The translations under genes were made by a program, and so were the position numbers. Under the pieces are notes generated by a model. The model saw only the letters and a list, made by a program, of their open reading frames with translations, was not told the origin of the DNA and did no database searches. This document shows positions 38,701-52,780 of a stretch of DNA of 64,000 nucleotides, in pieces (position 1 is the stretch's first letter; each line of letters opens with the position of its first letter). This stretch comes from Vicugna vicugna (lineage: Eukaryota), in contig MU058824.1 of assembly GCA_013265495.1 (NCBI GenBank), positions 5,405,515-5,469,514 on the forward strand, written 5' to 3'.

Positions 38701-41700
38701 GGTTGGATTGGCATGCAGGGAAAATAATCATTAAAAATAAATGCAATCAAAAGAAGTAGGTTATTATAGTGGCATATCGGAACTGCTTCAGTTAGAAGTC
38801 TGTCAGCCTCCCGTTAGAAATGTTGGCTGGGAGGAGTTTGCCACTGGGCTGTGAAAATTTGCTAGAGGTTAAAAAGTGACACTCTCTAGGCTTCAACTCT
38901 GCAGCCTATTTAATCCTAAGAAGTTTTTACCTTAGATGGTTGAGTGGCTTTGAAGCAGCATGCAAAGATACACAGGTGCATTTGCTTTGCTTAAGGCAAT
39001 TCATGCCTGTTTTTCTAACGCTCACATGCAGTATGACCCAGTGACGTATGGTGGTTTCATTGGCCATGAGGGAGTGTGAGTCCTTAGTAGGATTTCAAGA
39101 TAAAATTCTGAAAAATACTGTTGTGTGAGCAGAGAAAATATGATTAGAAAGTGCTGCTTAGTAAGATACTTTGATAGGTTTAGTAACAACCCCTACCCCT
39201 CACTTTATCTGAGGCCAGTCCCCACCCCCTTCACCCCTTCTGAAGCCACGGTTTCCTTCACCTTAAAGTGAGGAGTCACCCTGCATGAACATTACCATCC
39301 CACGTGAGCCCGGTGTTCTTGGGTTATGCTATGATAACAAGCAACCCCCAAGCTGAAGCGATTTACCACGACCAAAGTGTGTTTCTCAGCCACACAGCAT
39401 GAGTAACTTGGGCAGCAGGGGACTCTCACCAAGGGGTCACAAGAGGTTGACCATCTGGTAACTGCACCAAATGCAATGTGTGTCCTTGGGCCTTCTCTTC
39501 CCCGCTCTGCTCTGGAACGGACGCACATCACTTCTACCCCTGCTTTATTGCTCACGACTAGTTCCCGGGCCCCACTTAACGGCAAGGCAGTGGGAGATAT
39601 TGGGTGAGCCTCACAGCCTCCATCAGCCGTCACTTTTTTGTGCTTTATGGGTCTCTGATGCTGTTGGGGCCGCTATATTACTTGCTTTTGAATGCCCTCA
39701 ACCATCAACACCACGCACATGTTACTTCCTCAAAATCTAACTGTAATTGAATACCTTGATGAACTCCCAGGCCCCACTCCGGGCGCAGGCTCTGTGATTT
39801 TTTTCCTGAGGAGCCTGTTGTCTGTTTCTAGGCCAAATTAATTGCTTCTTCTCTGTGCTTTGGTGCCACTGTGCTCATGTTGATGGCTCTGCATTTGTCA
39901 CAGCCCACTTTGTTGCTACTCTGTCCCCTCTGATAGAATATAGTCTCCTTGGTGGCAGGCACCCATTTTTATCCATCTTTGTATTGCTGATGCCTGAGAA
40001 GATAGAGATGAAAAGAATAAATGGATGGGAAAAGTTAGTCTGTAAAAAAAAATGATAAAAATAATATTTTTAAGCTCTACGTGCTCAAAATACTGATTAA
40101 GTTTTTAACATATATAATATACATTGCTGCCTATCTTTTTCAATTCCAGTAATAATTCTATAAGGTAGGTAGCTGAGAAACAGCATTTCACAGCAGACAG
40201 ATAACTTCCCCAATTTCTAAGGTAAAAAATGCTGGAGTTCAGCTTTGAATCCAGGCCTCTATCCTGATGCATATGTTTTAATAACAGACACATAATTAAA
40301 ATATAGGTATGATCGGTTGAAAAGTTCATCATGTAAAGTAGTGTCAGCCTGGTGTAAAGCCTCCCACGAATGACAAGGCACCTGGATTCTACTTCTCACG
40401 TTGTGGTTGTATGACTTCAGGCAAAGATCTTCATCTGCCTCATCCCAGGTTCCGTATGTGTAAGCTGAGAGTTAAGTTTGGGCCATTACTTTTCAACTTT
40501 ACTGTACATACTGGAATGACTAGAGCTGCCGCGGCGGTCTCACCTTACTGCCGGGCGCATGGCAAGGTCACCCACAACGAGAAGATGGATCTAGGATACA
40601 GGGGGAGAGAAGCCAAGCCCTGGGAAGCCTTTTGAGCTTTACTTGTAAAACTGGGCAAGCTCAGCTATACATGGTTAGATACATTTGTGAACACGTGTGT
40701 GGACGTGTGTGTACCCGTGTGCACGTGTGCCATGTGTGAATGCCAGTGAAAAGCGTATAAACTGTGTAGGTTCTCCTCCCAGCTGAGGGCCTTAGGCCCT
40801 GGGATCTGGGCTCAGCATTTGGGGAGTGGGCCTGAGGTATTAATCCCTTAGAATTCAAGGCTGAAGACACTACTAAAAGCCAAGCAGGAAGTACAATGAA
40901 GGCACAGACGAAGCAGAGGGGTAGGGATGGGAGGGAGGCCGCAGCACCGCTGGAGATTCAAGGCCATCGCCCAAGGGTAGGAATGGGGCCTGCAGAGGGG
41001 TCCTGAGCTGCTGGCCTCTGGCTGTGGTCCTTCCACAGGGAACCTCTGACCTCTGCAGTGGGTGAGGGAGGCGTCATGATGTGGGCAGACCAGGAGGATA
41101 CAGCAGGAGGTTGTGCTGCTCTCTCAGGCATTAAAAAGGTAAAGACACAGACTACAGATTGAAATTTGTTTTGGCTAGGAAACTGCTGCTCGCAATGCCT
41201 CTCACTCTCTCTGTGATTATTTATTTTCCGACAGAGGCAGTCATTTCAAATAGTCTCTTGAGACTGGGCAGCTCTCACGGATGTCACAGATGAACTCCTT
41301 GTAGGATGGCCGACTTCACTTTGACCCGAGGCAAAGCTATTTAAATTTTATTAGGGAAGCAGGCCAACCACCCTATTAGACCTCTGGGTGATTAAAAGAA
41401 AATCATCTTATAAATCGTTCCATCGTGGAGGTCTGTTAACTGACCATGGCTTCCTGATGAATTTTAAATATCTGATAGGCAGAGACCAACACGGTAACAA
41501 TTCATCTGAAGCGGACTAAACACGCTCAGTTTTATGGAATGTCATGGCATCTGTGCTTTTCCTGTTTATGAGCGATCCCCTTACTCTTCCTGTCCCCCCG
41601 AAACATGGTTGCTTCCGCATATTCCAAAATTCATGTTCCCATGATTGTTTTTGTCTTGCTTCGGTAATTCCGGAGCATTTATCCATGTAATAGCACGGTC

Positions 41701-44700
41701 TTCTGCTCCACTGCTTATCCAGCCCCTACGCCTCAATGAATTTGCTTGATGGGATGCAGACAAAATGCTGCTTAGTATATTTTATGTATCGAAATGAATA
41801 TTTATAGCAAACAAAAGAGGCAGACATTTAAAAAAGATATAATCACTTTGAGGCAAATGGCTAACTAAGGTTTTATCATGGATAATAACCTACTTTCTGT
41901 GCACCCCTCATTTGCCTTCGAGGACAGTGTGTTGTGCCCCGTTTGACTGGATGGTGGATACTGACATGTTGGTTTATTAATAAAGTAAAACACAACCTAA
42001 AATATGATTGCAAGCTCCTATCTTCATTTAATTTTTCTGTGAGAGTCATTGACATGTACAAAGATACCATGTGTTTTCTGAATAGGAAATTTGTGATTGG
42101 GGAAAATTAGACAAAAAATATTTATCAGAAGGATGCCCATATTATGGCACAGACTCATAGAGGAATCTAATGCAATTGATGAGAAAGAATGAGACAGATT
42201 TATACTTGCTGACCAAGACAAGAAGGATTTCTAAACACAAAGACAATTTTGTAATAAGGATATATAGTTTAAATCTGTTTTCATTAAAATACTAATAGTA
42301 AAAATAATACATGTTTGTCTTCTTAGAAAACTATGCAAGAAACTGTAACCAAAGTGTTTTCACAAGAGAAGATAAAGGGTTACTGTCTTTCTAAACGCAT
42401 TTCCATATAATTTTATTGTGGAGTTTATTTTATAATGAGAAGAACAAAGTAAATGTTTGCTTTGTTTCCCAACTTAGTATATAGAAGTCATTCTGGTCTA
42501 CCATGGGAAATCTGACCACCAAAAAATGAGCTGTAGGGGAAAATGAAGCAATTTCTATTGCTGTTTTTGTAAAGAAAGAATAGACTCCTCCCGCCGATAG
42601 AAATCCTTGAATGTCTGGCTTGGCAGGAACTTAGGGACAGCAAACTCAACTCATCATTTTGGTGATGGGGAAAACGAAAGACTAGCTAGACAGTGTCTTT
42701 CCGGAGCTCAGGCAGTCGGGGCATGATGACATGGCCATGGACGTGCGGTCCCAAGATGCCCCAGAGAGCCCACCCAATGCTCCATGAGAATCTTCTTTCT
42801 AGTCTAAAAGTAAATAACACCCATGATTTGCAATGTGTCTTCCAGTGCATCTGAAAGCTAAGTAATATTTTAGCTCGTCAACTTAAGAATCCAAAACACC
42901 TGTGTCTTCCTTGCTTCTGTTTTATTACTGTGCTGTACCATTCTGGTTTTGAGTGTGGGAAATGAATTAATCATGATTCTTCCTTGCAGCCCCGGGAGGC
43001 AGTGAGCCCTTATTACGGTACCTTCATTTTCCAGATGAAGGAACACGGCACCGAGAGGGTAAGTGATGTGCCCCGAGTCACACGTTGGGACAGTGGCAAA
43101 GTTGTTAACAGTCAAGCCTGGGTGGGAGGGTTTTATCTCAGATTTGTTCTATTGTTGTGCATTAAAAACAAGTTCAGAAAATCCAGGATGTTTACAGATT
43201 CTGGTATTTTGGGATTTCAAAGATTTGATTTTTACAGTCGAAAGAAAAGAAACAAAATTACAAAGTTAGGAAAATAAATATATAATGGGGGTATTAACAA
43301 AATAAAATAATTAACCCCTCATCATTGAGCCTAGATTTGCATGTCTGTGAAGAATGTAGGACTTATAAAATGCCTGTGTGTAAACAATCCGTTTCCCTTC
43401 TATGAGAAAAAAACAATCTGTTCATCTGCTTTGTTCTTTTGTGAAAGTGTGCACAGGGCCTATAGAAAGGTTTTAGATTTGCCTATCTCAGACTTGCATG
43501 ATGTAGCGATGAATTTGTTTCTAGCAGATCATTCTATGCATAAGAACATTTCAATTATGTTTTTAGAAATCTAAATTAATCCTCTATTAATTCAATGGGA
43601 AGAAAGTCAAATAAGGTGAGTCACATTTTCCAGACTCTCCTGAGACCCTCACACCCTTGCTGCTCCACTGGGACTCTCAGTTCATCAAATATACTTGTGA
43701 GAATGCACAAGCAGGTTTTGGGGGTTTCCCCCCTCTGTTTTAGGTCTTTGGGGGGGATTTGTTTATACACAAAGTAACTTTAGTATCTGCTTCCATATGA
43801 AACACACACATTCTTCATTGGTGGAATGAACTGAAGCTCCCACCCCCGTGACAAGGGCAGAAGTTTGGTGATGGGAGAGATGGCATGACCTGTGTTCCAG
43901 TCAGCATCTTCGTTGTCTCCAGGAGTTAATACGGGCTTCTGTCAAGTGAAAACTGAGCCAGGAAAGCAGCAAGAACACTTTCAGGATAACATGACCAGGG
44001 GAAGTTACCTGGGCATTGGCTTGGAGATAAACCTATAAAAGCAGTCTTATTAGTTGCTTCCTATGTTGGGGTGGGTAGAGAGAGCAGTCTTCAGATACAC
44101 AGGCCCAGGTGGCCTTCAGAACGTGATGACTTGTGATGGAGACCAGATGCATTTGCAGTTAGAGGAACCACTGCCTCCACCCCAGTAATGCTGGTGTAGA
44201 GAGATGAGTGGAGTTCATCACACCCTTCCCCCCAAGAAGGACATACTCTTCCTTCCAGACTACATCTTTGAAGCCTCCATCAAAGGCAGTTCTGTACAGA
44301 GGGTGTAGAATGGGCTCTCTCATTCTGGGGTGGGTGGTGAGGGGGCTAGTTTGGTGTGTCCTGAGGGAGGGCTGGTTTGGTGTGTCCTTGAAGAAGGTGA
44401 AAGAGAATACTGCAGGAGAAGCTGGGGAAGAATTTGGGGAGAGGGGAAAGTTTAGACAGAAGAAACACATTTTGGGAGTATGTGGGGTGGGGGATGAGGG
44501 GTCCCCTCCACAGATATTTTGTCAAGGGCTAGAATGCAGAAGGGTTCTAGGCAGAGAAACTAGCATGAAATGTACCAGTGGAGGCAGATGGTGGCTTGTT
44601 GTAACTAGAAGGATGGTGGACAGTGTGGGATAATGACTCTGAAAAGGTAAATTGAGACAGATTATAAAACTTGCTTGATGTCTGCCCCTGAAAAATTGAT

Positions 44701-46672
44701 TCTAATAAAAGTTAGCTAGAAACATTTAGAATGACCCATTTGCCTTTTGGCCAATATTACGTTAGGACTTTTTACTAAAAATAGAAGATTGAATCATCAG
44801 TGCGAGTAGAGAGGTAGACACATTTTTCTTTTGGTGAGCATCACTTAGCTAGAATAATATTCTTTGTACAGCACTGTCTGTAAGTCTTTTTGTGCTAGTT
44901 TTGTACATTCATTGGAGGGTGGTAGAGATTGTCCATTTTATAGGTGATAAAATGGAGAGCCAGAGGGGCTGGGGCATTTCCAAAGCTACAGGGAAAATTA
45001 GTGGTGAAGCTGGGACCAAAACTCAGCCCCAGGCTGATACCATTTTCCGTTGAACTGTACTATCTAATATTACTTTTGCTAGAATCCTTTCCCTGGCAAA
45101 TATTTCTCTCCATTCTCACTCCCTTCACAAATATGGGAAGAAAATATAGGTCAGTTGAGTGACAGGGTCACCTGGTTCTAACAGGAAAGACTGGATAATT
45201 TCTTCATCCCAATCATTCTCAGTAGGATGTGTTTCCTGTCTCTCTTTTTCACTCACTCCCACCTCCTCCCCACCTCCCAGCCCCAAGAGCCAACCCTCTA
45301 AAGTTTATAGAGCAGTATAGAGTCCGGCTTAATAGCGCATCTTGTAAAAGGTTTAGATTAGATTTATTTTATCATTAAGAGGAGAAATAATCACAGAAAA
45401 CAGGAGTATTTCTTTCATTTAGGTCAGAGCTTGTCACATCCAGCCCAAAAAGCACTAGCTGAAATTATTTGTTACATCTTATCTGGGTGCTGCAAAAAAA
45501 AAAAAAAGACATTGTTTCAAAACAGCATGGAATTGGATCTTTTCATTGTGGAGAGTTGTCAATAATTTATGCAATCATCAGGACTGGCAGTCAAGCTGCT
45601 TCATCTTCAAGTATACACTCTGTAGAGTGGATTCTTTTTGGGTCTCCCAAGAGTGCAGAATTTGGAAATAATGTAACGATAGAAATGACTTGCCCTTCTA
45701 TTTACTTTCTCTCTTTTGGGAGAATTTGTTATTTTAAAAAGGAAGACTGCAGTGCAATCTGTCATTCTGCTTTGATAGTAACCTCCCCTTGTACAACATG
45801 CCAGTTTTGAATGATACAAATGCCTTCCCCCAATAAATACAGAGACCTACCAAGCTCAGAGATGGCTGACAAAGCTTTAACTACTGAAAGTGATGCTATA
45901 ATTAAGGAAACGTGGACTTTGGAGGTAATCATTAGTTTTTCCATAGGAACATCTAGCCTAGGATTTTGCCGCCTCTTATGTTTCTTTCTTAAATGACAAC
46001 GTTGGGAGGCTTCCACGTAATTGAAATTGTCCCCTTTGAAAAACTGATGTGTTAAGTGATCATGTAATCTCGTGATGAGCTGGCAATGGAGAGATGAAGA
46101 GAATTTATATACTGGCACAAAGTGGAAATAAGTAAATCATACAGTAAATTTCAGTATCACTCTGCAAGTTTTTGCTGTCGAATTAAAGTAGTCAGGCATT
46201 ACCCACCGTTGCATAAATTTTAAAAAATGCTTCCAGACTGTTTTAGGTAGATCAGAAATCCATTCCAATCATAGTCCAAGGATTCAGCCACTTGGAATGG
46301 GGGACCCTATATATCTTAGGTGTGGGATGGGGTGTGGAGTTTATGTCTCAGCCATTTCTGCAACAGTGTTGCATTTCAAGCATGCCTCAAATTTGCTCAC
46401 CTAATTTAACACACACATCTAGGGGCCTGCTAGTCCTGGTGGTCCTGTTGCATTCGGACTAGGTGAGGCTGGACTCTGGGTTCCAGGCTATGGGCTGTGG
46501 TTCGGGTTGCGTCTGGGTCTGCTCCGTGAGTTTCTCATCCTCCTTGGCCAGCAGCTGTCCAGGGTCTGCTCTTCATAAGGCAAATTGCTGGAACACAAGA
46601 GAGCAAGTGGAAACCCGAGACACCACTAGAGTGCTCAGCCCTGAAGTCTCACACTGTCTCTTACACTCACTA

Positions 46673-47318
46673 GGTGCGTCTCTCCTTTCTGGGAGATACT
46701 GGTGCTCTGGAGCACAGCAAAGGGAGATTGTGAAGATGGCCCCACCAGTCTCCATCCCTGGAGAGGGTTCCAGCAGGCCCCTAGATGTGTGTGTTAAATT
46801 AGGTGCCTGCCCTTCGGGTCAGCACTTTATATAAGCAGGTGATCCTCCTTCACCCTCAGTCTGGGCTTGATCTGGTGCCTCTGAGCTGGGCCCAGGGATG
46901 GGTAAATCCGAGCAGGCAGGCCCTTTAAGAGCTGTCTCTCAGATCGCTATGATCTTGTGGGTCTCAGGATGTGAGCCCTGCTGATTTTCAAAGCTAGGAC
47001 TTTTGGGGGCTCATCTCTCAGTTGCAGTGACTAAAAGTTGAGGTGCTCATTGTAGGATTTGAACCCTTTCCTTCTTGGGAGAAGCTCTGGGTTTTGAGTT
47101 TTCTCCGGCTGTGTCGGGGGTGGGGCGTATGTCAAGATAGTATGCCTGCTCCCATGTGGTTTTCTTCTTGTTTGCCAGATGTGTAGTGATCACGCAGCCA
47201 GACTTTAGCTTTCTTTTAAGAGAAAAATGTTCCGCATGTGGCTGCAGGCTCAGTGAGTCTTATGATAGGGAGGAGGTGAGTTCAGGATCTTTCACTGTTG
47301 CCACCTTGAACCTGAACT
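46673..47318 (-). mobile_element. Isolated L1 5'UTR-like fragment
   Basis: Begins GGTTCAAGGTGGC on - (compare L1 5' TCAAGATGGC); architecture resembles the 5'UTR-like segment at 10042-10610. Confidence 0.55.
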
Positions 47319-48524
47319 TTTCTAGACTGAGTTTCAAACACTCTTCAAATCATGCAAAAGGGATGAGCTTGCTGCCTACAGGTTTTTAGAGAAAATCATA
47401 GGAAATGGACTTTTTCAGTAGCATCAATGCTAAAAGAATTATCCTGGAGGCATAAAACATTGTCAGGGTTTTTTCGAAGTGCTTCTTGAGACAATGGGGC
47501 CTCAATGATTGAGATTTGAACTCCCATGATCTGCTTAATACTGACAAGGTTATTCTAAGGGCTTTGTGCTCCCAAACGTGAGCAGCATTTCATTACTGAA
47601 GATTTCAACAGAACTTCTGAAATGCCAAGAGTTTGCCTGCTGTTCCCAAGCTCAGAGAAATATAGCCTGGTCCAGCAGGTCAGAGGACCTTACCTTTGGA
47701 GGTGGCCCTCCGTGAATGTGAAATGCTAAGTCTTTATAGCCAGAGCATTTGAAATGGCCTTTCAGTTCTTAATTAGTAGATGCTTTCTCTACCACCGACT
47801 CCCTGGGAGTGACGTGAAGAGAATTTGCCTGGTTCACAGGGGGTGCCTGGGAGAGCCATTATCGCTCACAGTGTGTTAGAAATGAAAGATTGAGGCAAAG
47901 ATGATTAAAGCCCCAGCAGCTGCCTTCACAAATGAACTTCAGGAGAAAACGCAGTTTAGCGTAAATGTGGCAAGTCTGCATATTGGAGCTTGATGAAATT
48001 AAAGGCAATGTCGGGTAATATAAACCATTGTTGAGTCTTTCTTTTATTAAAACTGGGCTAAAACAAGGAGTAGGAATTTCTCAGGTGCAGGAATTACTTT
48101 GGTACTTAACTGATGCAAGCCCTCTTGGGCAAAAGCCCCCCTCTCATCTCTTCTCCATTTCCCCCTAAGTTAGACTTTCAGCTGCTGGAGGAGAATAAAT
48201 ATGAACCGAGGAAAGGGCAACTTCACAGCCTGTTTATGAATTAAATATTTCTAAGGGTAACACTGGTGATGTTTTTCTCACTCTTTCTGTTGCCCTGAAT
48301 TACAACCTTGAGAAAACCTCTAGATGATTTGGCCAAATATATCCTCAGGAGAACAGAGAAACATACATGTTGCTGACCATAGAAACAGGAAAAAAAACCC
48401 CTGATGCATGTGAAAATGCTGTAGCACAGGTACTGTAGCTGGGGAGGGAAATGGAATGGTACCAGGGTGTTAACAGTGGGATAAAAGGAACTGGTGAGGA
48501 AGAGATGGCAAGTCTGTCACCTTG

Positions 48525-48682
48525 CTGCTTGCAGTGTGGTCTTTGAAGCAGCATAAGCATCTCCTGGAAGCTTGTTAGAAACACAGAATCGCAGCCCTTA
48601 CCCCAGAGATGCTGAGTCATAATTTGCATTTTCGTGTGATCTGCAGGTGACTCACGTGAGCATTAGAGTTCAGGAAGCTCTG
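48525..48682. mobile_element. MER5A-like hAT MITE
   Basis: agcatctcctggaagcttgttagaaacacagaatc...ctgagtcataatttgcatttt core. Confidence 0.75.
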
Positions 48683-49179
48683 GTTTGTGGACAGCCCTTG
48701 AACTGCACGCTGTCAAAGCCAGGGAGACCCATGCAACCCAGGGGACCTTCACAGGTTCTCAGAAGGCATGTGCAGAGGGCGTGCTGGTGGAAGGAACTAC
48801 ACATTCAGTGCTGGTGAAGACAGGAGCAAAGAGGTAGAAATTTTTACAGTTAAGGCAAGAAAGCTCTCTGCTTTAAGGTCTGAAATGGTGCAATAGTAGA
48901 AGGGAGTTAAAACGCTTTGCAATACATTTACTTGTTATGGAAAAAGGCACTGAGTGGTCCAGACAAGGGCAGCATCGTTAAGTGTCAGACTTGGAGCTAC
49001 TGGAAGCAGAAGAAACACTCAGCATTAGGGAGCAAGACAGGATGTGGTCCAGGATAAAGATCTGCTTCTCATCACTTTTTTTTTTTTTTAGTTATTGGAA
49101 AACATTTAATATGGTTGAAACTACTTAGATGTGTGAACTGACTTTTTTAACAGTGAATTTTATGAAACCTAAATACAGG

Positions 49180-49455
49180 TTTTTAAAATATATATTCTTT
49201 TTCATTATAGGTTACTACAAGATATTGAATATAGTTCCCTGTGCTACACAGTAGGACCTTGCTGTTTATCTATTTTATATATAGTAGTGTCTGCAAACCC
49301 TAAACTCCCAATTTATCCCTCCCCACCGTTTTCCCCCTGGTAACCATAAGTTTGCTTTCTCTATCTGTGAGTCTGTTTCCAATTTTGTAAATAAGTTTGT
49401 GTCATTTTTTAGATTCCACATATAACTGATGTCATATGATATTTGTCTTCCTCTT
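49180..49455 (-). mobile_element. L1 3'UTR fragment
   Basis: tattctttttcattataggttactacaagatattgaatatagttccctgtgct shared with other L1 3' ends in the window. Confidence 0.85.
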
Positions 49456-52299
49456 TCGAATCACTTTTTGCTGATAGCTTTTGTAGTGAGGTGGAGTTAA
49501 CAAAAAATCCAGGCCATGGTTATCTATGTTAATTCTTTGTAATTTACTGTGTATTCTTATGTATTTCAATGTACATTTAAATTAACTCTTGACTAAATTC
49601 AACATAATTTGTTCATAAATGGGCTTGGTTTCCTCACAAGCATGGACTCATTTCCCAGCTTTTACATGCCGTGTGACTTGGACAACCTGTATCTTAGCCT
49701 CACTTGCCTCAGTTTCTTCAGCTGTAAAATGGGGATAACAGTAGTACTCACCTCATAGGTTTGTTTGAGAATGAAATGAATTTGTACATATTATTTGCTT
49801 AAAAGAGCGCCTGACACATAGTTAGGGCTTGATCATTATTAGTTATGATTATTATTTATAAAGTCGTGAAGTAAAAGTATCCATTCAGGTACTTGAAGGA
49901 GAGGCAGCTGAACCTGGAGGATTTAACCAGCATTGGCAATCACTCTGCTGGAACAGATCACGTTGGTCAGATGTACAATTTTTAGGTGCTCCTGACTTAA
50001 ATATGGGCGATAACATGAAAATCAGGTAGGATTTGGAGTAGTCGTAACTTAAATGTTCTTTTATACAGCTAAGAAATGAGCTCCCTAGAAATAGAAAATC
50101 CATTACTTATCTTTGCTTCCAGAAATTTCATCCATTTTCTTGGATCTTTTTTATTCTTGCTCACTTTGAAGGCCAAGTCCACACCAGTCGTTCTTGGATA
50201 AATAGTGACAGTTGAAGTATTGTGGCTGAATTTCACTCTTTAGAAATTTATTGAGGAATTGAACTTAATTTGTAGCTGTATTATGCATCTTGATCCATTG
50301 TGACAGGAATACTAGGATTCAATTAAAATGCGGTGAAATTGTAAAATATTTAAGATCAGCTGGATCTCATTAAGAATGAGCTATTTATGCTCAAAACCAG
50401 CTTTAATGAAAAACTGTTTTCCTCATCTACTTTGCAGGGGTTTTTCATGTGCATTTTGAAGATTTTCCTCCTCTTCCTGTTTCTTCTCCTTTCTTGAAGG
50501 GTATTTCTGTAAGAAAATGTCATTAAAAACACCATTTGTCAGTGATGATGGCAGTAACCTCCAAAAGCAATAAGTGTGAATAGCTCTCCTTGAAGAGGCA
50601 GAACATATATGTAGAGTAAATAAATTTGGCCCATGCGGTAAACTGGATATCTGAAAACTTTCCTCCTGGTCATGATTCTGCTCTGATGTTTTTATCACCT
50701 CCCTTCTCTAAGCCTTCAGTCTTGGTGAAATCTGAACTAAAATATAAAATTACATATTCAACCAAACTGAAAATTCTAGGCCTCTATGATTAGGACCCTA
50801 CGCAAAGGAATTATGAAAAGCATTTCTAACCAGTTAGTTAAATTTCACCTGTTTTAGGAGACTTGTGGTCAGGAACCCACACGAGACCACCCTGGGGAGA
50901 AATGCATGTCTGTCCCTAAAGATAAAATTTTCCTTGGGTAAATGCGATTCCTGAGAATAATTTCTTTACCTGATTTTCCTTCAGTCTGGGGCCATGTTGG
51001 TCAGTCTTTTTGTAACAAGAATTTTCATGTACAAAACTGACTTTGTTGCATCTGCTCTCGCTGTACCATTGAAGATGCTGTTGACAGCCTATACGCAATC
51101 AAGAGAAAGAGGTCCTTGGGATGCTAATGTGTCACACTCAGAGTCGCTTGGCCCCTGTGGCCCAGGTTTGGCAAGAAGGATGTGGCTAGATGCAGGGAGG
51201 TCCTGAGCCAGCAGGGATTATTGTAATTGAATTCCTGGGCAGCCCCTCGCTGCCTTCCAGCCCAGGCACATGTCTTTGCCTTTTTTCTATTTTCTTTCTG
51301 GCTTCCACAAGTAATCTGCAAAGTGGACAATTGGCAGCCAGAAAATCAGTTGGCCCTTATATCTTCTCTAATTAATTTCTCATTGTCAAGCACTCACAAG
51401 GCATTTGTAGGGAATAAACTAACTCTTCCTCCTGTTCTGGTGCTTTTGATAGGTGACGGAACAAAGATAGATTCAGGGTGGAAAAAAGAGGTAAAATTCT
51501 GTAACCGAGTACACTCTCTCTGGACTCCCTTTTACCTTGTGTATCTGTGGAGGACAGTGTTTTCCCAAATAACAAATTATATAAATAATAATTTAGATTT
51601 AAATACGTTAGCTTTTTTGAACTCTACTTTTTAAAAATTACATTTTAGTGTTGTGTGACAAAAACCAGTCTATATAAATAAATAGAAAATGGGGATGACA
51701 AAATGAGGAATAAAATCATAAAGTACATGAACATTCCTCAGGCTCTGAAACATGGATACGAGGAGTCCAGCAGACACATACTAGATGATTAAGAAATATT
51801 TAATGTGTGAATGGATTTTCCAAAACAGTTCTTACTTGTATTTCTGCCTACCAGCAGCTTAGGGGATAATCTATTTGTTTTATACTTGCCAATGCTGTTC
51901 AATTCTTTTCCATTTTTGAATTATTTAAAAGTAATGTATTCTTATTATACACTAAAATGGCTAAAATTAAAATGTTGAGAATACCAAATGCTTGTGAGTA
52001 TGTAGAGCAACAAGAAGTCTTATCCATTGCTGGTGGGAATTCAAAATTGTACAGCAGCTCTGGAAAACAGCTTGGCAATTTTATATAAAGTTAAATGTAT
52101 CCTGATCATTCGGCTCAGCAAGCACACCCCTAGGCGTTTGCCTAAGAGGAATGAGACTTTGTGTTCATGCAGAAACTTTAGCTGTGAAATGATATGGTTA
52201 GACTAGGTGAATCCTAAAATTCTGCATTACCTCCATTTACAAAATGAGGACATTGGAGTCACGGAAATGAAATGATTTGCCGGTAGTCACCCAGGATGT

Positions 52300-52780
52300 A
52301 GGGTGTAGAATTGAGCCTTGAGCACGTGTCTACAGGTTGCAAATCACGGCTGCACCGAGCCAACCTGAGAGTAAAGCGGACACATCCTCCCTGAGCACCG
52401 GTTCCTACCGTGTGTGGACGCACACAGAGGCTGGCCCAGGAGGTCCCCTCGTGGCCCTTCCACGCCCGGCTCCCGCGGACAGAGCTGTGCTGTGGGGCGC
52501 TCCCCGCGCCGCCTCTCCCGGGCGGGGGCGGGGGCCGGGGCCGGGGTGCAGCTCGGGCTTGGCCGGCACCGAGGAGCAGCGCTGTACAGATGGCGGTGCG
52601 GCTGCTTGCACAGTGGTCGGGCCTCCCAGTGCCGCAGAGCAGGCGGGGCTCGTTCCGAAGTCGCTCTGACAACGTTCCTCTCCTGGCAGCCGTGTACTCT
52701 CTCCTCCCGTCTTGTGCAAGCAAATGGCTTTGCAGCCGCTCCCCTCAGTCCCGGTGTCAGCTCGGGCCGAGCACCAGGCC
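52300..52780. promoter_or_regulatory. CpG island with GC boxes and a G-quadruplex-type motif
   Basis: Sharp GC/CpG enrichment; GGGCGGGGGCGGGGGCCGGGGCCGGGG at 52520-52546. Confidence 0.75.

Noticed and set aside
52460..52590. REST/RE1 site (CGGACAGAGC; GGCACCGAGGAGCAGCGC)
   Set aside because: Only half-site or mis-spaced matches to the consensus
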